Positions 19,534 to 29,921 of a DNA stretch of 64,000 bases are shown here, one piece after another. Origin of the DNA: an uncultured Armatimonadia bacterium. Lineage in GTDB: Bacteria; Armatimonadota; Zipacnadia; CAVVLO01. The stretch is taken from assembly GCA_963749155.1 (NCBI GenBank), contig CAVVLO010000001.1, positions 96,001 through 160,000 of the forward strand, written 5' to 3'. A program made the translations under genes and the position numbers. Within the stretch, counting starts at the first letter, position 1; each line of letters begins with the position of its first letter. Under the pieces are notes generated by a model that was not told the origin of the DNA, ran no database searches, and was given only the letters and a program-made list of their open reading frames with translations.

Positions 19534-22500
19534 ATGACTGCCCAAAGGGTCCATTTCACGCTCAGTTTTATCTTCTGCCTGAGCTGTCTGCTTGGTTTCC
19601 TCGTGCCGACTTCAGCGGCAACCAAGATCGGCGTGTTCCCCTTGCGCACCGCTGCGGGCCTGGAGAGCGAGCTGGCTACTGATCTGGTGCTCACCAGTCT
19701 GACGGATGGACTTTTGCGAAATCTGCAGGAAGCGGGGCTTGGAGAGATAGTCCTGCTGCCCTGGCCAGAGGCTTTGGTTGCGGGGGATCTGCCCACCTTT
19801 GAAACCCTGGTTGGCCGCGGCAAAGTGGCTGGTTGTAACGGCGTACTGGCGCTGCAGGTCACCGCCTTGAGCTTCTCCATGAAAGAGATAAAGCTTCCTC
19901 TGGTTGGCACTGTCAAAAGCGCAGAAGCCAAGGTCAAGCTTCTAGGCGGCCTGGTAGATGTGAGTTCCGCCCTGGCTGTCGGACCTGTGGACGTGACGGG
20001 ACAGAACAGCTCTAAAAACTATAAGGGCCCAGCGCCTGCCGCTTTGGCTCAAGATCCGGAGAAACTGGCGGATTCCCCTCTTGGCAAGGCTAGCGAAGAG
20101 GTACTGAGCCAGGTCGTGGCCGCGGTGAAGACAGGGGTTCCGCAGTTATCCACTCAGGCGGTCGCTTTGCCCCAGCGGGCAAGCAGCCCCCAGGGGGCAG
20201 GCTTCAGCCAGGACAGTTATTCCATGGAAATAACGATGGGCTATGACCAGCGCAGCACGGTGGCAGTAGTCAACCGGGGTGCTGTGGCCGAGACTTTCCT
20301 GATCAAACCGCTGGAGCAGGCAACCGGGCTTATGGTCGGCCTGGTGGGCCAGGGTTCTGTTGATGGGCCTTTCACACTGGCGCCTGGTCAATGGAAGTAC
20401 ACCAGGCTTGAAGTGCATTGCTTCGAACAACCAGAAGCCCAGATTATACCGGTGCGCCTGGGCCTTTATAGCGCTGCCGCCGGAGCGGCGCCTAACCAGG
20501 CAGGTCCCCCCCAGGATGAGGCGGTTGTGAACCTGACCCTGGCTGACGATGACCAACCCTCCTCGACGAAGTTGCTGGTAGTAGGACAAGATCCTGTGAC
20601 ACTGGTCTACACCTGCTCGATTGTAAACTCGGGCAGCGAGCCAGCAAGTCTGGGGCTTTCGGTGGCGCCGGAGCAAGAACGGCTCTTTACTACCGTGCCG
20701 GCGCTAGGCGAGATGTTCGTTGTGCCGCCTCAGAGCTCTCTCACCTTCCATGTGTTCCCCCACTTCCCAGAGGGCATAAGGCAAATGGACGTTGCCCTGG
20801 GCTTCCCCCAGCAGCAAGGTTGGGTGGCTGCGGGATTGCATGCTACCGGCGGCGCAGATACTCTCAGACTGCATTTCGAAGTGCCGGCAGGTAAATATAT
20901 CTACACGGCCCTGTCGACCACCTCCCAGGATTTTGGTGGGGCCGGAAGTGGCTGCACCAACCAGGGAACGCTCACCCTGGCTGGTAATAGCAACAAGGGT
21001 TCAAACTCCCAAAAAGGGGATAATAAAACCAAAAAGAAGGATTCCACCTGGCAAGACTGGGTGAAAGACCACCTCGGCCTTGATATGTCCACCTGGGGCG
21101 AGGATGACACAACTACCACTACTACTACCACCACCAGGCCCAAGGGTAAAGATGGCTGTCCCCCTGGTTGGAGCAAGAACGAGGATAGTGGTAAATGTCA
21201 GCCTCCCAGTTTTGGTTCTCCTGGGAATAGCAGTCTGCGCGGCGCCATCGTCAGGCCAGCAGTGAGCGCGCGCCTGCCCGGCCTCGACAGCGACACCAGT
21301 ACCCAGCCTGCTCTGATAATCGGCAAGCGCAAACGTGCGGCAGTTTTCCACACTCCCGCAGTCGATGACAAAGTTGGCGTATTCATTGGGATTAGTGCCG
21401 ACCAACCGAACGGTACTCCCCAGTTTTTGATGCTTAATGAAGGCGGGCATACTGCCCGATGGCCGGCAGCCTGGGCGGAATACACGACCGCAAAGGCCTA
21501 TGTCGTGTGGGAGGACTCTACAACTGGCGGCACCGATGTGGCTTTTCGCACCAGCACTGACAAAATGGCAAGCTGGCGTCCTGTGGTCTATCTGACCCAG
21601 CATGGCACAGGGGTTATGGACCCGGTGGTGCGCACTGCTGCCAATAACCTGGTAATGGTCGCCTGGCAGGATCTCGCGCGCTGGCGAGTCGGTCTCGCGC
21701 ATCTACACCCGGACCAGCCGGGACGGCGGGGCAACCTTCGCCGCCGAAGTGCCTTTGCCTCAGGCCGAGGGCGAGCAGCAGTCCTGGCCGCAACTGGATT
21801 CTACCGCGGATGGCCACTTCGCACTGGTGTATGTCTCGAAAGCCGGTGGTCAGACCCGCATCCTGAGCAGGCTGCTGGACGCCGATGGCAAGCCAGTGGA
21901 TGAGCCTGTTGCGCTCTCAAATCCTGGTATGGGCTGCGGTGAACCGAAGATTGTCTGTGATGGTGAGGGAGGGCGGCATTCGGCGTGGCGAGAGGGCGAG
22001 GGCAGTGCCAGTGAGATCTGGTTTGCCTCGAGTCCAACCTCGGGCGCGCCGTGGTCCGCGCCTCGGCAGATAACCCAGGATCAGGCCTATTCGGAATATC
22101 CGGCGATTGGTCTGGGGGGCGATGGCCTGTGGATCCGCTACCACAGCGATAGCTCCGGGGTGGCCGATATGGCCTATGTAGTGACAAGCGCGGATGGGGG
22201 CGCTACCTGGGGCGAGGCAGTAATGCTGCCTACTCACCAAAGCGCCATCGAGCGCGCCTGGGTCGAGGTCAACTTCGCCCTGCAATGGCCGGACCAGGTC
22301 TATGCGCCCCACGATACCCAGATCCTTGTAAATGGCGTCGAGGTTGGCAATATCACAGGCCGGGTGCCGCAGGGCACCTTTGTCTTCGATGTGCCGCCTG
22401 AGCTGATCATCGAAAATCCCGAAACAGGCCTGGACAGCAATGTGATAATGACGCAGCCCACCAATCTCAACGGCGCCCACTACATCAGAGCCGCCAACGC

Positions 22501-23215
22501 TCGTCTTGTCGTAAAGCGCCGGTCTACCCAGGTGCAAGTCGTAGCTGGCAGCCAGGCCGAGGCCGACCAACTGGCGAAAACCGCCGGGGTCGACCTCAAC
22601 CATGACAAGCCTGATTTGGCGCTCGCGGCCAACTTGATGGCGCCAGTGCCGACGGAATTGAAGCCAGGCGCCACCCTGGCTCTTGCGCTTCAGGTATTCA
22701 ATATCGGCGAGGCGGCAGCTACAGAGGGGAAGGTCGCCCTCTATGCAGCCGACCCGCGGATCCCATCAACCAATCTGAAAGAGGCAAAACTGGCTGAGCA
22801 AGCGGTCGGTAGTGTGGCCCCAGGGCAGGTGGTCCCCGCCAACCTGAGTTTCAAGTTCGATCCGAAGCGGGGCGGGCGCGTATGGGTAGCGGTGCAGGCG
22901 AAGGAAGCCGATTTCAATCCGACCGACAATTGCTGGATACTGAGCTTCACTCAGGGCGAGTCAGATACCCCAACTCCACTGCTGGGTACAGATGTGCCCA
23001 ATGTGTTCCAGGCGCCTGGCCTGATGGGGATGGTTCAACTGCCGAACGTGCCAGCCCTGACCAACCTTGTCTCTCTGCCCAATTTCGGGAACCTGGTCAG
23101 CATCCCAGGCCTCCAGGCGCCAGACCTTGGCAGCATCGGAGACGTGCTTAACTCCCAGATTGGAGTGCCGGGAATTAATCTGCCGGACCTTGGGAATATC
23201 CTGAACCTGCCCTGA
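19534..23215 (+). CDS. Large secreted protein with Asp-box/BNR propeller and CARDB domain (frameshift at about 21675)
   Basis: Signal peptide; RBS GGAGG; joined frames read AWQDLRAGESVSRIYTRTSRDGGATF; second Asp box SADGGATW; PDLAL...VFNIG...DFNPTDN CARDB-like segment. Confidence 0.7.
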
Positions 23216-23242
23216 GCCTGGGCAGACACTCACTTCAATAAG

Positions 23243-23270
23243 AGCGCCGGCTCCAGCCAGAGCCGGCGCT
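23243..23270 (+). terminator. Hairpin after the large secreted gene
   Basis: AGCGCCGGCTC-CAGCCA-GAGCCGGCGCT, 11-bp stem with weak U tract. Confidence 0.55.
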
Positions 23271-23314
23271 TGCTGGCTGGTGTTTTACTTGCGCCCCAGC
23301 CGGCCTCCCCAAGT

Positions 23315-23420
23315 AATTCAACAGCAACCACCAGAAGGAAGTAACGCAACCCTCACCCCTCCAACTGACCAGCCAGGGCTAGACCCGGCCGGCGAGGAGG
23401 GGAGTCTTGCGTAGGAAGGG
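23315..23420. repeat. Imperfect direct repeat, copy B (relic of the beta-helix gene start)
   Basis: Minus strand reads RBS then TTG-RYFLLVV, compared with GTG-RYFLVLL in copy A. Confidence 0.75.
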
Positions 23421-23425
23421 GCTGA

Positions 23426-23789
23426 CTACTCGAGTTGGGGCCACCCCTTGTTGTCGCCACCGATGTGGAGCACCCCGTACAATACGGGGATGCTCAGGAA
23501 GATCGAATACGGCGAAGAATCCCAGTCCCGCGTAGAAGTTAATCACGAACGACACTACTGTCTCGGCGCAGTCGAGCCAGAAGCCCCACTTCTTCCAGTG
23601 CCAGAGGGCCAGCGCAACGACTACGTTGACGGGAAACATGCCAATCGACAGCCAAAGTGTCCAGGCCGGCAAATCGGACAGCACGTTTTTCGCGCCAAGG
23701 AGGTAGAGAGGAACCATAGCGACGCTAACGACAATCATCGTGATAAGCCAGGCGGCAAGACAGCCATGTCTTGACTTCTCTTCAGGCAT
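23426..23789 (-). CDS. Small membrane protein (frameshift at about 23500)
   Basis: MPEEKSRHGCLAAWL...WKKWGF; the alternate frame ends FLSIPVLYGVLHIGGDNKGWPQLE* at 23426. Confidence 0.65.
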
Positions 23790-23828
23790 GACGACCACCC
23801 CAGGCCTATACTTCGCTATACGCTCCCC

Positions 23829-24626
23829 CTACCCCTTCCAAAACGCTCGCATTATGCGCAGGTAGTGGTCGGCATAGGTTTCGGGGGAGAGGTGCGGGTA
23901 GAGGGCGGGCATTGCGACGATTGGGCCCTTGTAATTCGCCTTCTTCAGCGCGCGGAAGACCTCGAGCCAGGGCACTCCCTGCCTGTCCTCGGGCAGAGCA
24001 AGCGACCAGTCACGGCCTCCGAGCGTCAGCTTCGGGGAGGGATGGCCCGCCAGCCAGGGCTTGTGGTTCTGCACCGACACGCACATCACCCAGGGCAGCA
24101 GCTCCGCGAGCGCTTTGGGGGTCTCCTCGGGCGCTATTCCCGCGAAAAGCAGGTGAGAGGGCTCGAAGGCCAGGCCGAAGTTGGTGTGAGCGATGGCCTC
24201 GAGCGTGGCTTTCGCGCTCGCAGTGTCCGCAAGGAGAGTCCCCTCGTGAAGCTGGGCGAAGACTTTCACGTCCTCTGCCGCCGCGAATCGGGCAAGCGCC
24301 TTCAGCCCCGCGATATGGTCGAGGCTCGTGACGGCGGTCCGGATGCCATAAGCGCCAAGTTGATGGGCATATTTCACGGCCGTCTGGGCAAGCTCCAGCG
24401 TGGCCTCATCGACTGGCTCGGGGGCGCCGAGGAAGGCGCACTCGAGGCGATATTTCTTGAGCGCCTGGGCCACGTGGGTAACTTCGGCGGGGCTGGAGGA
24501 GGCGGAGAGATGGCCTCCCCGGAGCTCTACCCCCTCGTAGCCTAGCTCCGAAGCGACCTTGAGGAAGTGCTCCAGCGGGGCGATCTTGCCCCCGTGTTCG
24601 AACATCCGACCGGAAAGAGACAGCAT
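23829..24626 (-). CDS. Sugar phosphate isomerase/epimerase (AP-endonuclease-2 TIM barrel)
   Basis: ASELGYEGVELR, NFGLAFEPSHL and GVPWLEVFRALKKANYKG. Confidence 0.8.
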   Translation of the reverse strand: MLSLSGRMFEHGGKIAPLEHFLKVASELGYEGVELRGGHLSASSSPAEVTHVAQALKKYRLECAFLGAPEPVDEATLELAQTAVKYAHQLGAYGIRTAVTSLDHIAGLKALARFAAAEDVKVFAQLHEGTLLADTASAKATLEAIAHTNFGLAFEPSHLLFAGIAPEETPKALAELLPWVMCVSVQNHKPWLAGHPSPKLTLGGRDWSLALPEDRQGVPWLEVFRALKKANYKGPIVAMPALYPHLSPETYADHYLRIMRAFWKG

Positions 24627-24644
24627 CCTGCTCGCCCCCAAAGT

Positions 24645-24672
24645 TTGCGCTTGCCTTTCTCGATGTTATCAT
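24645..24672 (+). promoter_or_regulatory. Putative sigma70 promoter of the methyltransferase gene
   Basis: TTGCGC-N16-TATCAT with extended TG. Confidence 0.4.
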
Positions 24673-24740
24673 AACCCCTGCCGACACCGGCATTTCATAG
24701 CAACCATCGAAGCCTTTACGCAGCAGAGGACGAAGCAAAA

Positions 24741-25738
24741 ATGGCAGACCGTGACACTAAGGCGGCTAGCGCCCGGAGGCGCAAGCCCAGGTAGTCAGCC
24801 CTCGCAACAAGCTGAACGAACTTACCAACCGTGAGTGGCTGCGCCGCACCAAGAGCGTCTGGTACTCGGGCCAGGGAGAAGGCCCCGAGGCGGCAAAAGC
24901 TGCCGAGTTGGCGCGCAAGTTCTCCCGCTGGGTAGCTGAAGAAGAAGGCTATGAGGCCGCCGATGAGCTGATGGGGCAGGCCTTCCCCAGCGTTATGGTC
25001 AGTGTTGCTCCGCCCCGCGATGCCCTCAAGGTAAAACATCCCGCGACTTTCTCGGAAGTAGATATCGCGCGCCTCATTACTTTTTTCACCAAACGCGGCC
25101 AGACCGTGCTGGATCCTTTCTGTGGGTCAGGTTCGGCGGGCGTGGCGGCTCTCGAAGAAGGGCGGCGCTTCGTGGGAGTAGAGCTGATCCCCGAATGGCA
25201 CGAACTCGCTTGCGCGCGCCTCTCGGAGCAGACCGGCGGGCGCAAATCGGCGCGCTGGGCGATGCTGCTGGGTGACGCCCGGAAGCAACTTGCGGTGCTG
25301 GAGCCCGAATCGGTAGATTTCGTCGTGACCAGTCCCCCGTACTGGAACATCCTGAGGAAGCAGGGCATCAAGGCCAGGGCAGAACGCCAGGAGCGCGGTC
25401 TTGCTACCCAGTACAGCGAGGATGACCAGGACCTCGGCAACTGCGCGGATTACGGCGAGTTCCTCTCCCGCGTCGCCGACATCCTGGAGCTTTCGGCCAG
25501 AGCCCTCAAAGCGGGCCGGTATATGGCTGTGATAGTAAGTGATTTCCGCGAGAAATCGCGTTTCGTTTTGTTCCACAGCGATCTTGCAGCTTGCCTGGAG
25601 GAGCGTGAGCTACTGCTTCAGGGCGTCACCGTGCTGGTACAGGACAGCAAGGGGCTTTATCCTTACGGCGTGCCCAACGCCTTTGTGCCCAACGTGCACC
25701 ACCAATATGTGCTGATACTGCGTAAACCAGCCCGGTGA
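24741..25738 (+). CDS. Orphan N4/N6 DNA-methyltransferase-family protein (frameshift at about 24772)
   Basis: HPATF, VLDPFCGSGS and VTSPPY motifs; in-frame upstream PRNKLNELTNREWL joins ATG 24741 if one C is added. Confidence 0.82.
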
Positions 25739-25742
25739 CGTC

Positions 25743-25771
25743 TTGCCGCAGCTTCCTGCCAGCGTTACACT
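25743..25771 (+). promoter_or_regulatory. Putative sigma70 promoter of the HIT gene
   Basis: TTGCCG-N17-TACACT. Confidence 0.5.
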
Positions 25772-25791
25772 GACTGGCAGGAGGCGACAAT

Positions 25792-26133
25792 ATGGACTGT
25801 ATCTTCTGCAAGATCATAGCAGGGGAGATCCCCTCTGACCGCATCTATGAAGACGAGGTGTGCGTAGCGTTCAGGGATATCAATCCCCAGGCGCCTGTGC
25901 ACGTGCTTGTCATCCCCAAAGCTCACCTCGGCAATCTGGCGTCCCTGACCGAATCCGAGGCTGAACTTACAGGCAAGTTGCTGCTTGCCTCGGCCAAAGT
26001 CGCCAGGCAGGAAGGCTTGCTGCCAGGGGGCTATCGGGTGGTCGCCAATGTCGGCCAGGATGCTGGAGAATCGGTGCCCCATCTCCACTGGCACGTGCTG
26101 GGAGGCCGCCCTCTGGCCTGGCCGCCTGGCTAG
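25792..26133 (+). CDS. hinT: Histidine triad nucleotide-binding protein
   Basis: MDCIFCKII, DINPQAPVHVLVIPK, HLHWHVLGGR and WPPG. Confidence 0.95.
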   Translation: MDCIFCKIIAGEIPSDRIYEDEVCVAFRDINPQAPVHVLVIPKAHLGNLASLTESEAELTGKLLLASAKVARQEGLLPGGYRVVANVGQDAGESVPHLHWHVLGGRPLAWPPG

Positions 26134-26158
26134 ATTGATTGCCAGGAAAGGGCTTCCT

Positions 26159-26187
26159 TTGACCGCGGGTTGCGAGCGTCGTATAAT
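26159..26187 (+). promoter_or_regulatory. Near-consensus sigma70 promoter upstream of phoH
   Basis: TTGACC-N17-TATAAT. Confidence 0.7.
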
Positions 26188-26330
26188 CCGGTTAGCGGGG
26201 GCTTAAGATTGGTACGCCAGCTTGAGCCAAACTGGGTAAGATATGCCTCCCCGGCGCTAGTTTTTAGGGCAAGGACGGCGGGAAAGCTGGGCCTTTGAGT
26301 CCACGGCTTTCCCGTTTCGGCTTTTATAGG

Positions 26331-27314
26331 ATGGAACAGACAACTCAACTCAAGCTGCCGGTCGCGAGTTCCTGGCGACTGCAAGAACTTGCAACTGGCT
26401 ACCGGTATGCCCTGGAGCTCATCGCCGAGCAGGAAGGCGTGAAAATCCAGTTCGGGCGAGAGGGCTTGCTTGTCTCAGGCGACGCGCTGCGCCTTGAGAC
26501 GGTCCGGCCAAGGCTGGAGGAGTTCATCAGCGCAATCGAGACCGGCAAAGAGTTTTCTCCAGCCGAGTTCGAGACCTGGCTTCGCAGGCCAAGAGAAGGG
26601 CAGGCAGAAGAGCTTGGGACAGAGCGCCTCGTTGCTGTCATTACCCACAAGGGAGAGGTTATCCGCGCCCGCACGCCTGGCCAGGAAACCTATCTTCAAG
26701 CTATCCAGAGCAAAGATATTGTCTTTGCAATAGGACCGGCGGGCACCGGCAAGACCTACCTGGCTATTGCCTGCGCGGTGGCAGCGGTCAAACGGCACGA
26801 AGTCGAAAGGCTGGTCCTGACAAGGCCCGCTGTCGAGGCCGGCGAGAAGCTCGGTTTCCTGCCTGGCGACCTGGCCGAGAAGCTGGATCCGTATCTCCGG
26901 CCCGTCTATGACGCCCTTTACGATACGCTGGGCACCGAGCGCACCGCCAAAATGAAAGAGCTGGGCCAGCTTGAAGTGGCTCCGCTGGCCTATATGCGCG
27001 GTCGGACATTGAACAACGCCTTTATCGTGCTGGACGAAGCCCAGAACACTACCCCCGCTCAGATGAAGATGTTTCTCACCCGCCTTGGACGCGGTTCGAA
27101 GGCGCTGATTACGGGCGATATTACTCAGATTGATCTGGAGAAAGGCGCCCAGTCGGGGATGCTGCACGCGATGAAATTGCTGAAGGCTGTTTCGGGGATT
27201 GGCTTCGTGCAACTGACTGGCGCCGACATCGTGCGTCACCGACTCGTCGCAGAGATTGTTGATGCCTACGCCAAAGAACAAGACGTTGAGAGCAAAGAAG
27301 AGGTTGACTACTGA
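26331..27314 (+). CDS. phoH: PhoH-family ATPase
   Basis: GPAGTGKT, LTRPAVEAGEKLGFLPGD, YMRGRTL and DEAQN. Confidence 0.95.
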   Translation: MEQTTQLKLPVASSWRLQELATGYRYALELIAEQEGVKIQFGREGLLVSGDALRLETVRPRLEEFISAIETGKEFSPAEFETWLRRPREGQAEELGTERLVAVITHKGEVIRARTPGQETYLQAIQSKDIVFAIGPAGTGKTYLAIACAVAAVKRHEVERLVLTRPAVEAGEKLGFLPGDLAEKLDPYLRPVYDALYDTLGTERTAKMKELGQLEVAPLAYMRGRTLNNAFIVLDEAQNTTPAQMKMFLTRLGRGSKALITGDITQIDLEKGAQSGMLHAMKLLKAVSGIGFVQLTGADIVRHRLVAEIVDAYAKEQDVESKEEVDY

Positions 27315-29485
27315 TGAGGCTGGCAAAACGAAGGTTCAATGCCTTACGACAGTGGATGGGCAGGCCTTCAAACAAAGTTGCGCTGCCCTTGCTAGGCATC
27401 GTCACTACCCTGGCTCTTGGGATGCTGCTATCTCTTGGCCTGGCGATAGAGCCTTATGATTACGGGGTTGGCGAAGTAGTGCCAACGACCATACTGGCGC
27501 CGAAGACTCTTTATTATGTGGATAATCAGGCCACGGAACAACTGCGAGCTGAAGTAGCCGCCAGCGAGCCGAAAGCTTACAACAACCGCCCCGAGGCTCA
27601 ACAGGAAGCAGTAGAAGCAGTCCAGCAGGTGCAGCAGCAACTGGCTAACGCCAACACCGATGAGACCTTGAAGGAACTGCCTGTTGACCAGAGATTGCAG
27701 CACATTGCCCGGTCGGTGCCTGGCGAACTAGCTCCCAGGCAAGTGGCCACTTTGCTGGCACTTCCTCCTGATGAACTGAAAGAAGCCTTCTCGATTGCCC
27801 TTAAGCTGGTCGTAGACCAGATGGATAATCCAATTACCTCGGATGGTAATGGACTCAACCTGGCCCGGGAAGCTTTCCTTCAACAGCTAAAAGAGCAAGG
27901 GCTCGAAATCGAAGTGGCAGAGGCGCTCGGGGTGGCGCTGGTACAAGCCTTGAGACCCAACAGTATCCTCGACTCGCGCGAGACGGAACTGCGCCAGAGC
28001 TCTGCTGCTGCCAGCGTGGAACCAGTCAAGCGCCGCATCAACGCTGGTGACCTGATTGTACGTTCAGGGCAGGAGGTAACCTCCGCCATCCAGGATAGAC
28101 TCGCTGCAGTAAACGAGGCGCTACGAACCCCTGACTACTCGCGTATGTTCGCTTATTTTCTTCTGGCGGGCGCCATTGTGGCGCTGCTTGCGGGTATCTT
28201 GTACCGCTACAACGATTTTGTATTCGATTCGCTTAGGCCGCCTTTGCTGCTGGCTTCGCTATTGGTAATCGTCATAGCCTTTATTAAATCCCAGGTTTTT
28301 AGCGGACTGGCGCCAGCCCGAGGCGCGGTTAGTCTGGAGCATCTCAACCTGCTTGCAGGGCTCCTGCTGGTCGAAGGCGCCGTAATGATGACGGCTATAC
28401 TCATCAAGGGCCGCGTTGCAGTGCAGCTTGCCTGGGCACTTTCCATACTGGCAGCGGTTGCGTATGACTCCAACTTCGTCATCGGAGTCTCTTGCCTGCT
28501 AACCAGCATCTTCGGAGTCATCGTAGCAACCAATATGTCGCGCCGGATCGAGTTGCTTGCCAAGAGCTGGCTCTTTATGGGCGTCGCCAATGTAATGGCT
28601 ATCCTGGTATTTGAGCAGCTTGCCAAGGGGATGATAACTCCAGGGCTGTGGAGGGTCGCTTTCATCGGAGGAGGCGCGGTTGGCCTGATGGCTTCGATGA
28701 TTACCGTTGGTGGCACTCTGCTGCTGGAGAGCGCTCTGGATGCGCTTACTCCCTTCCGGCTGACCGAACTGGCCGGGGCAGATCACCCTCTGCTGCACGA
28801 ACTGGCGATGAAGGCGCCCGGCACCTACCAGTCCTGCATCCGGGTCAGTACGCTGGCCCAGGCCGCAGCTGAAGCCATAGGAGTCAACTCTCAACTTGCC
28901 AAGGTAGGCGCGCTGTATCACGACATCGGCAAGTTGTCGCGACCTTATTGCTTCATCGAGAACCAGGGGGGCGGCGAGAATCCTCATGAACGGCTTTCGC
29001 CCGAGCTTTCCAAACGGATTATTATGAACCATGTCAAGCATGGCCTCGAGCTTGGCCAGAAGCAACGGTTGCCGCGCCAGGTACTGGACATAATTGGCGA
29101 AAGCCATGGCACTACTCTGATACGGTTCTTCTACGTAAAGGCCGTTCAGGAATTCGGCTCCGATCAGGTGAAAGAAAGCGATTATCGTTATCCAGGTCCC
29201 AAGCCCCACCTGAAAGAGTCGGGCCTGGTAATGCTGGCTGACAATATAGAGAGTCGCGTCACCGCAGCCGGCGGTCCAGGTCCAGCTCAGGTCGAGGAGA
29301 TAATCCATAAAGCCACTGACGAGTTGATTGCTGATGGGCAATTTTCCGAGTGCGACCTTACTCTTGGCGACATCGCGGCCGCGCATACGGCTTTCAGGCG
29401 CGTGCTTCAGGGTATCTTGCATCACAGGATAGAATATCCCGAACTTGCCAGCGTGGGGCTGACGAATGGAGACAACAGTAAGTAA
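27314..29485 (+). CDS. pgpH: 7TM-HD membrane phosphohydrolase (PgpH-like cyclic di-AMP phosphodiesterase)
   Basis: Extracellular 7TMR-HDED region and TM bundle; APGTYQ, YHDIGK, FIENQ, YRYPGPKP and MLAD; canonical phoH-pgpH-ybeY order. Confidence 0.85.
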   Translation: MRLAKRRFNALRQWMGRPSNKVALPLLGIVTTLALGMLLSLGLAIEPYDYGVGEVVPTTILAPKTLYYVDNQATEQLRAEVAASEPKAYNNRPEAQQEAVEAVQQVQQQLANANTDETLKELPVDQRLQHIARSVPGELAPRQVATLLALPPDELKEAFSIALKLVVDQMDNPITSDGNGLNLAREAFLQQLKEQGLEIEVAEALGVALVQALRPNSILDSRETELRQSSAAASVEPVKRRINAGDLIVRSGQEVTSAIQDRLAAVNEALRTPDYSRMFAYFLLAGAIVALLAGILYRYNDFVFDSLRPPLLLASLLVIVIAFIKSQVFSGLAPARGAVSLEHLNLLAGLLLVEGAVMMTAILIKGRVAVQLAWALSILAAVAYDSNFVIGVSCLLTSIFGVIVATNMSRRIELLAKSWLFMGVANVMAILVFEQLAKGMITPGLWRVAFIGGGAVGLMASMITVGGTLLLESALDALTPFRLTELAGADHPLLHELAMKAPGTYQSCIRVSTLAQAAAEAIGVNSQLAKVGALYHDIGKLSRPYCFIENQGGGENPHERLSPELSKRIIMNHVKHGLELGQKQRLPRQVLDIIGESHGTTLIRFFYVKAVQEFGSDQVKESDYRYPGPKPHLKESGLVMLADNIESRVTAAGGPGPAQVEEIIHKATDELIADGQFSECDLTLGDIAAAHTAFRRVLQGILHHRIEYPELASVGLTNGDNSK

Positions 29486-29921
29486 CCGCGCCGGCGAGGC
29501 CGACTGGCCTCAGCGCCTTGCCTCGCTCGCAAATCGCTTGGGCGAGGCGCTGGCCCTGCCTGCCGATTGTGAACTCTCGGTGCTGCTGGTTGATGATACC
29601 GAGATAACTCGCGCCAATGAGCAGTATCTGGGCCATACAGGGCCGACCGATGTCATCTCCTTTCCTCAGGATGGCGAGGAATCAGGCCAACTGGACAGGG
29701 AGGAACCTTGCCTGCTCGGCGATATAATGATTTCGATAGACACGGCCAGGCGTCAGGCAGAGGAACGAGGCCACTCAACCTGGGATGAGGTGGCTTTTCT
29801 GCTCGTGCATGGCGTGCTTCACTTGTTGGGCCGACGCGATTATAATGAACACGAACGCCAGGAGATGCTTGCCGAGCAATTGACACTATCAAACCGGCTA
29901 GGCATCCAGGTCACCGGATGA
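29466..29921 (+). CDS. ybeY: rRNA maturation endoribonuclease YbeY
   Basis: PTDVISF, LGDIMIS and HGVLHLLG. Confidence 0.93.
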   Translation: METTVSNRAGEADWPQRLASLANRLGEALALPADCELSVLLVDDTEITRANEQYLGHTGPTDVISFPQDGEESGQLDREEPCLLGDIMISIDTARRQAEERGHSTWDEVAFLLVHGVLHLLGRRDYNEHERQEMLAEQLTLSNRLGIQVTG

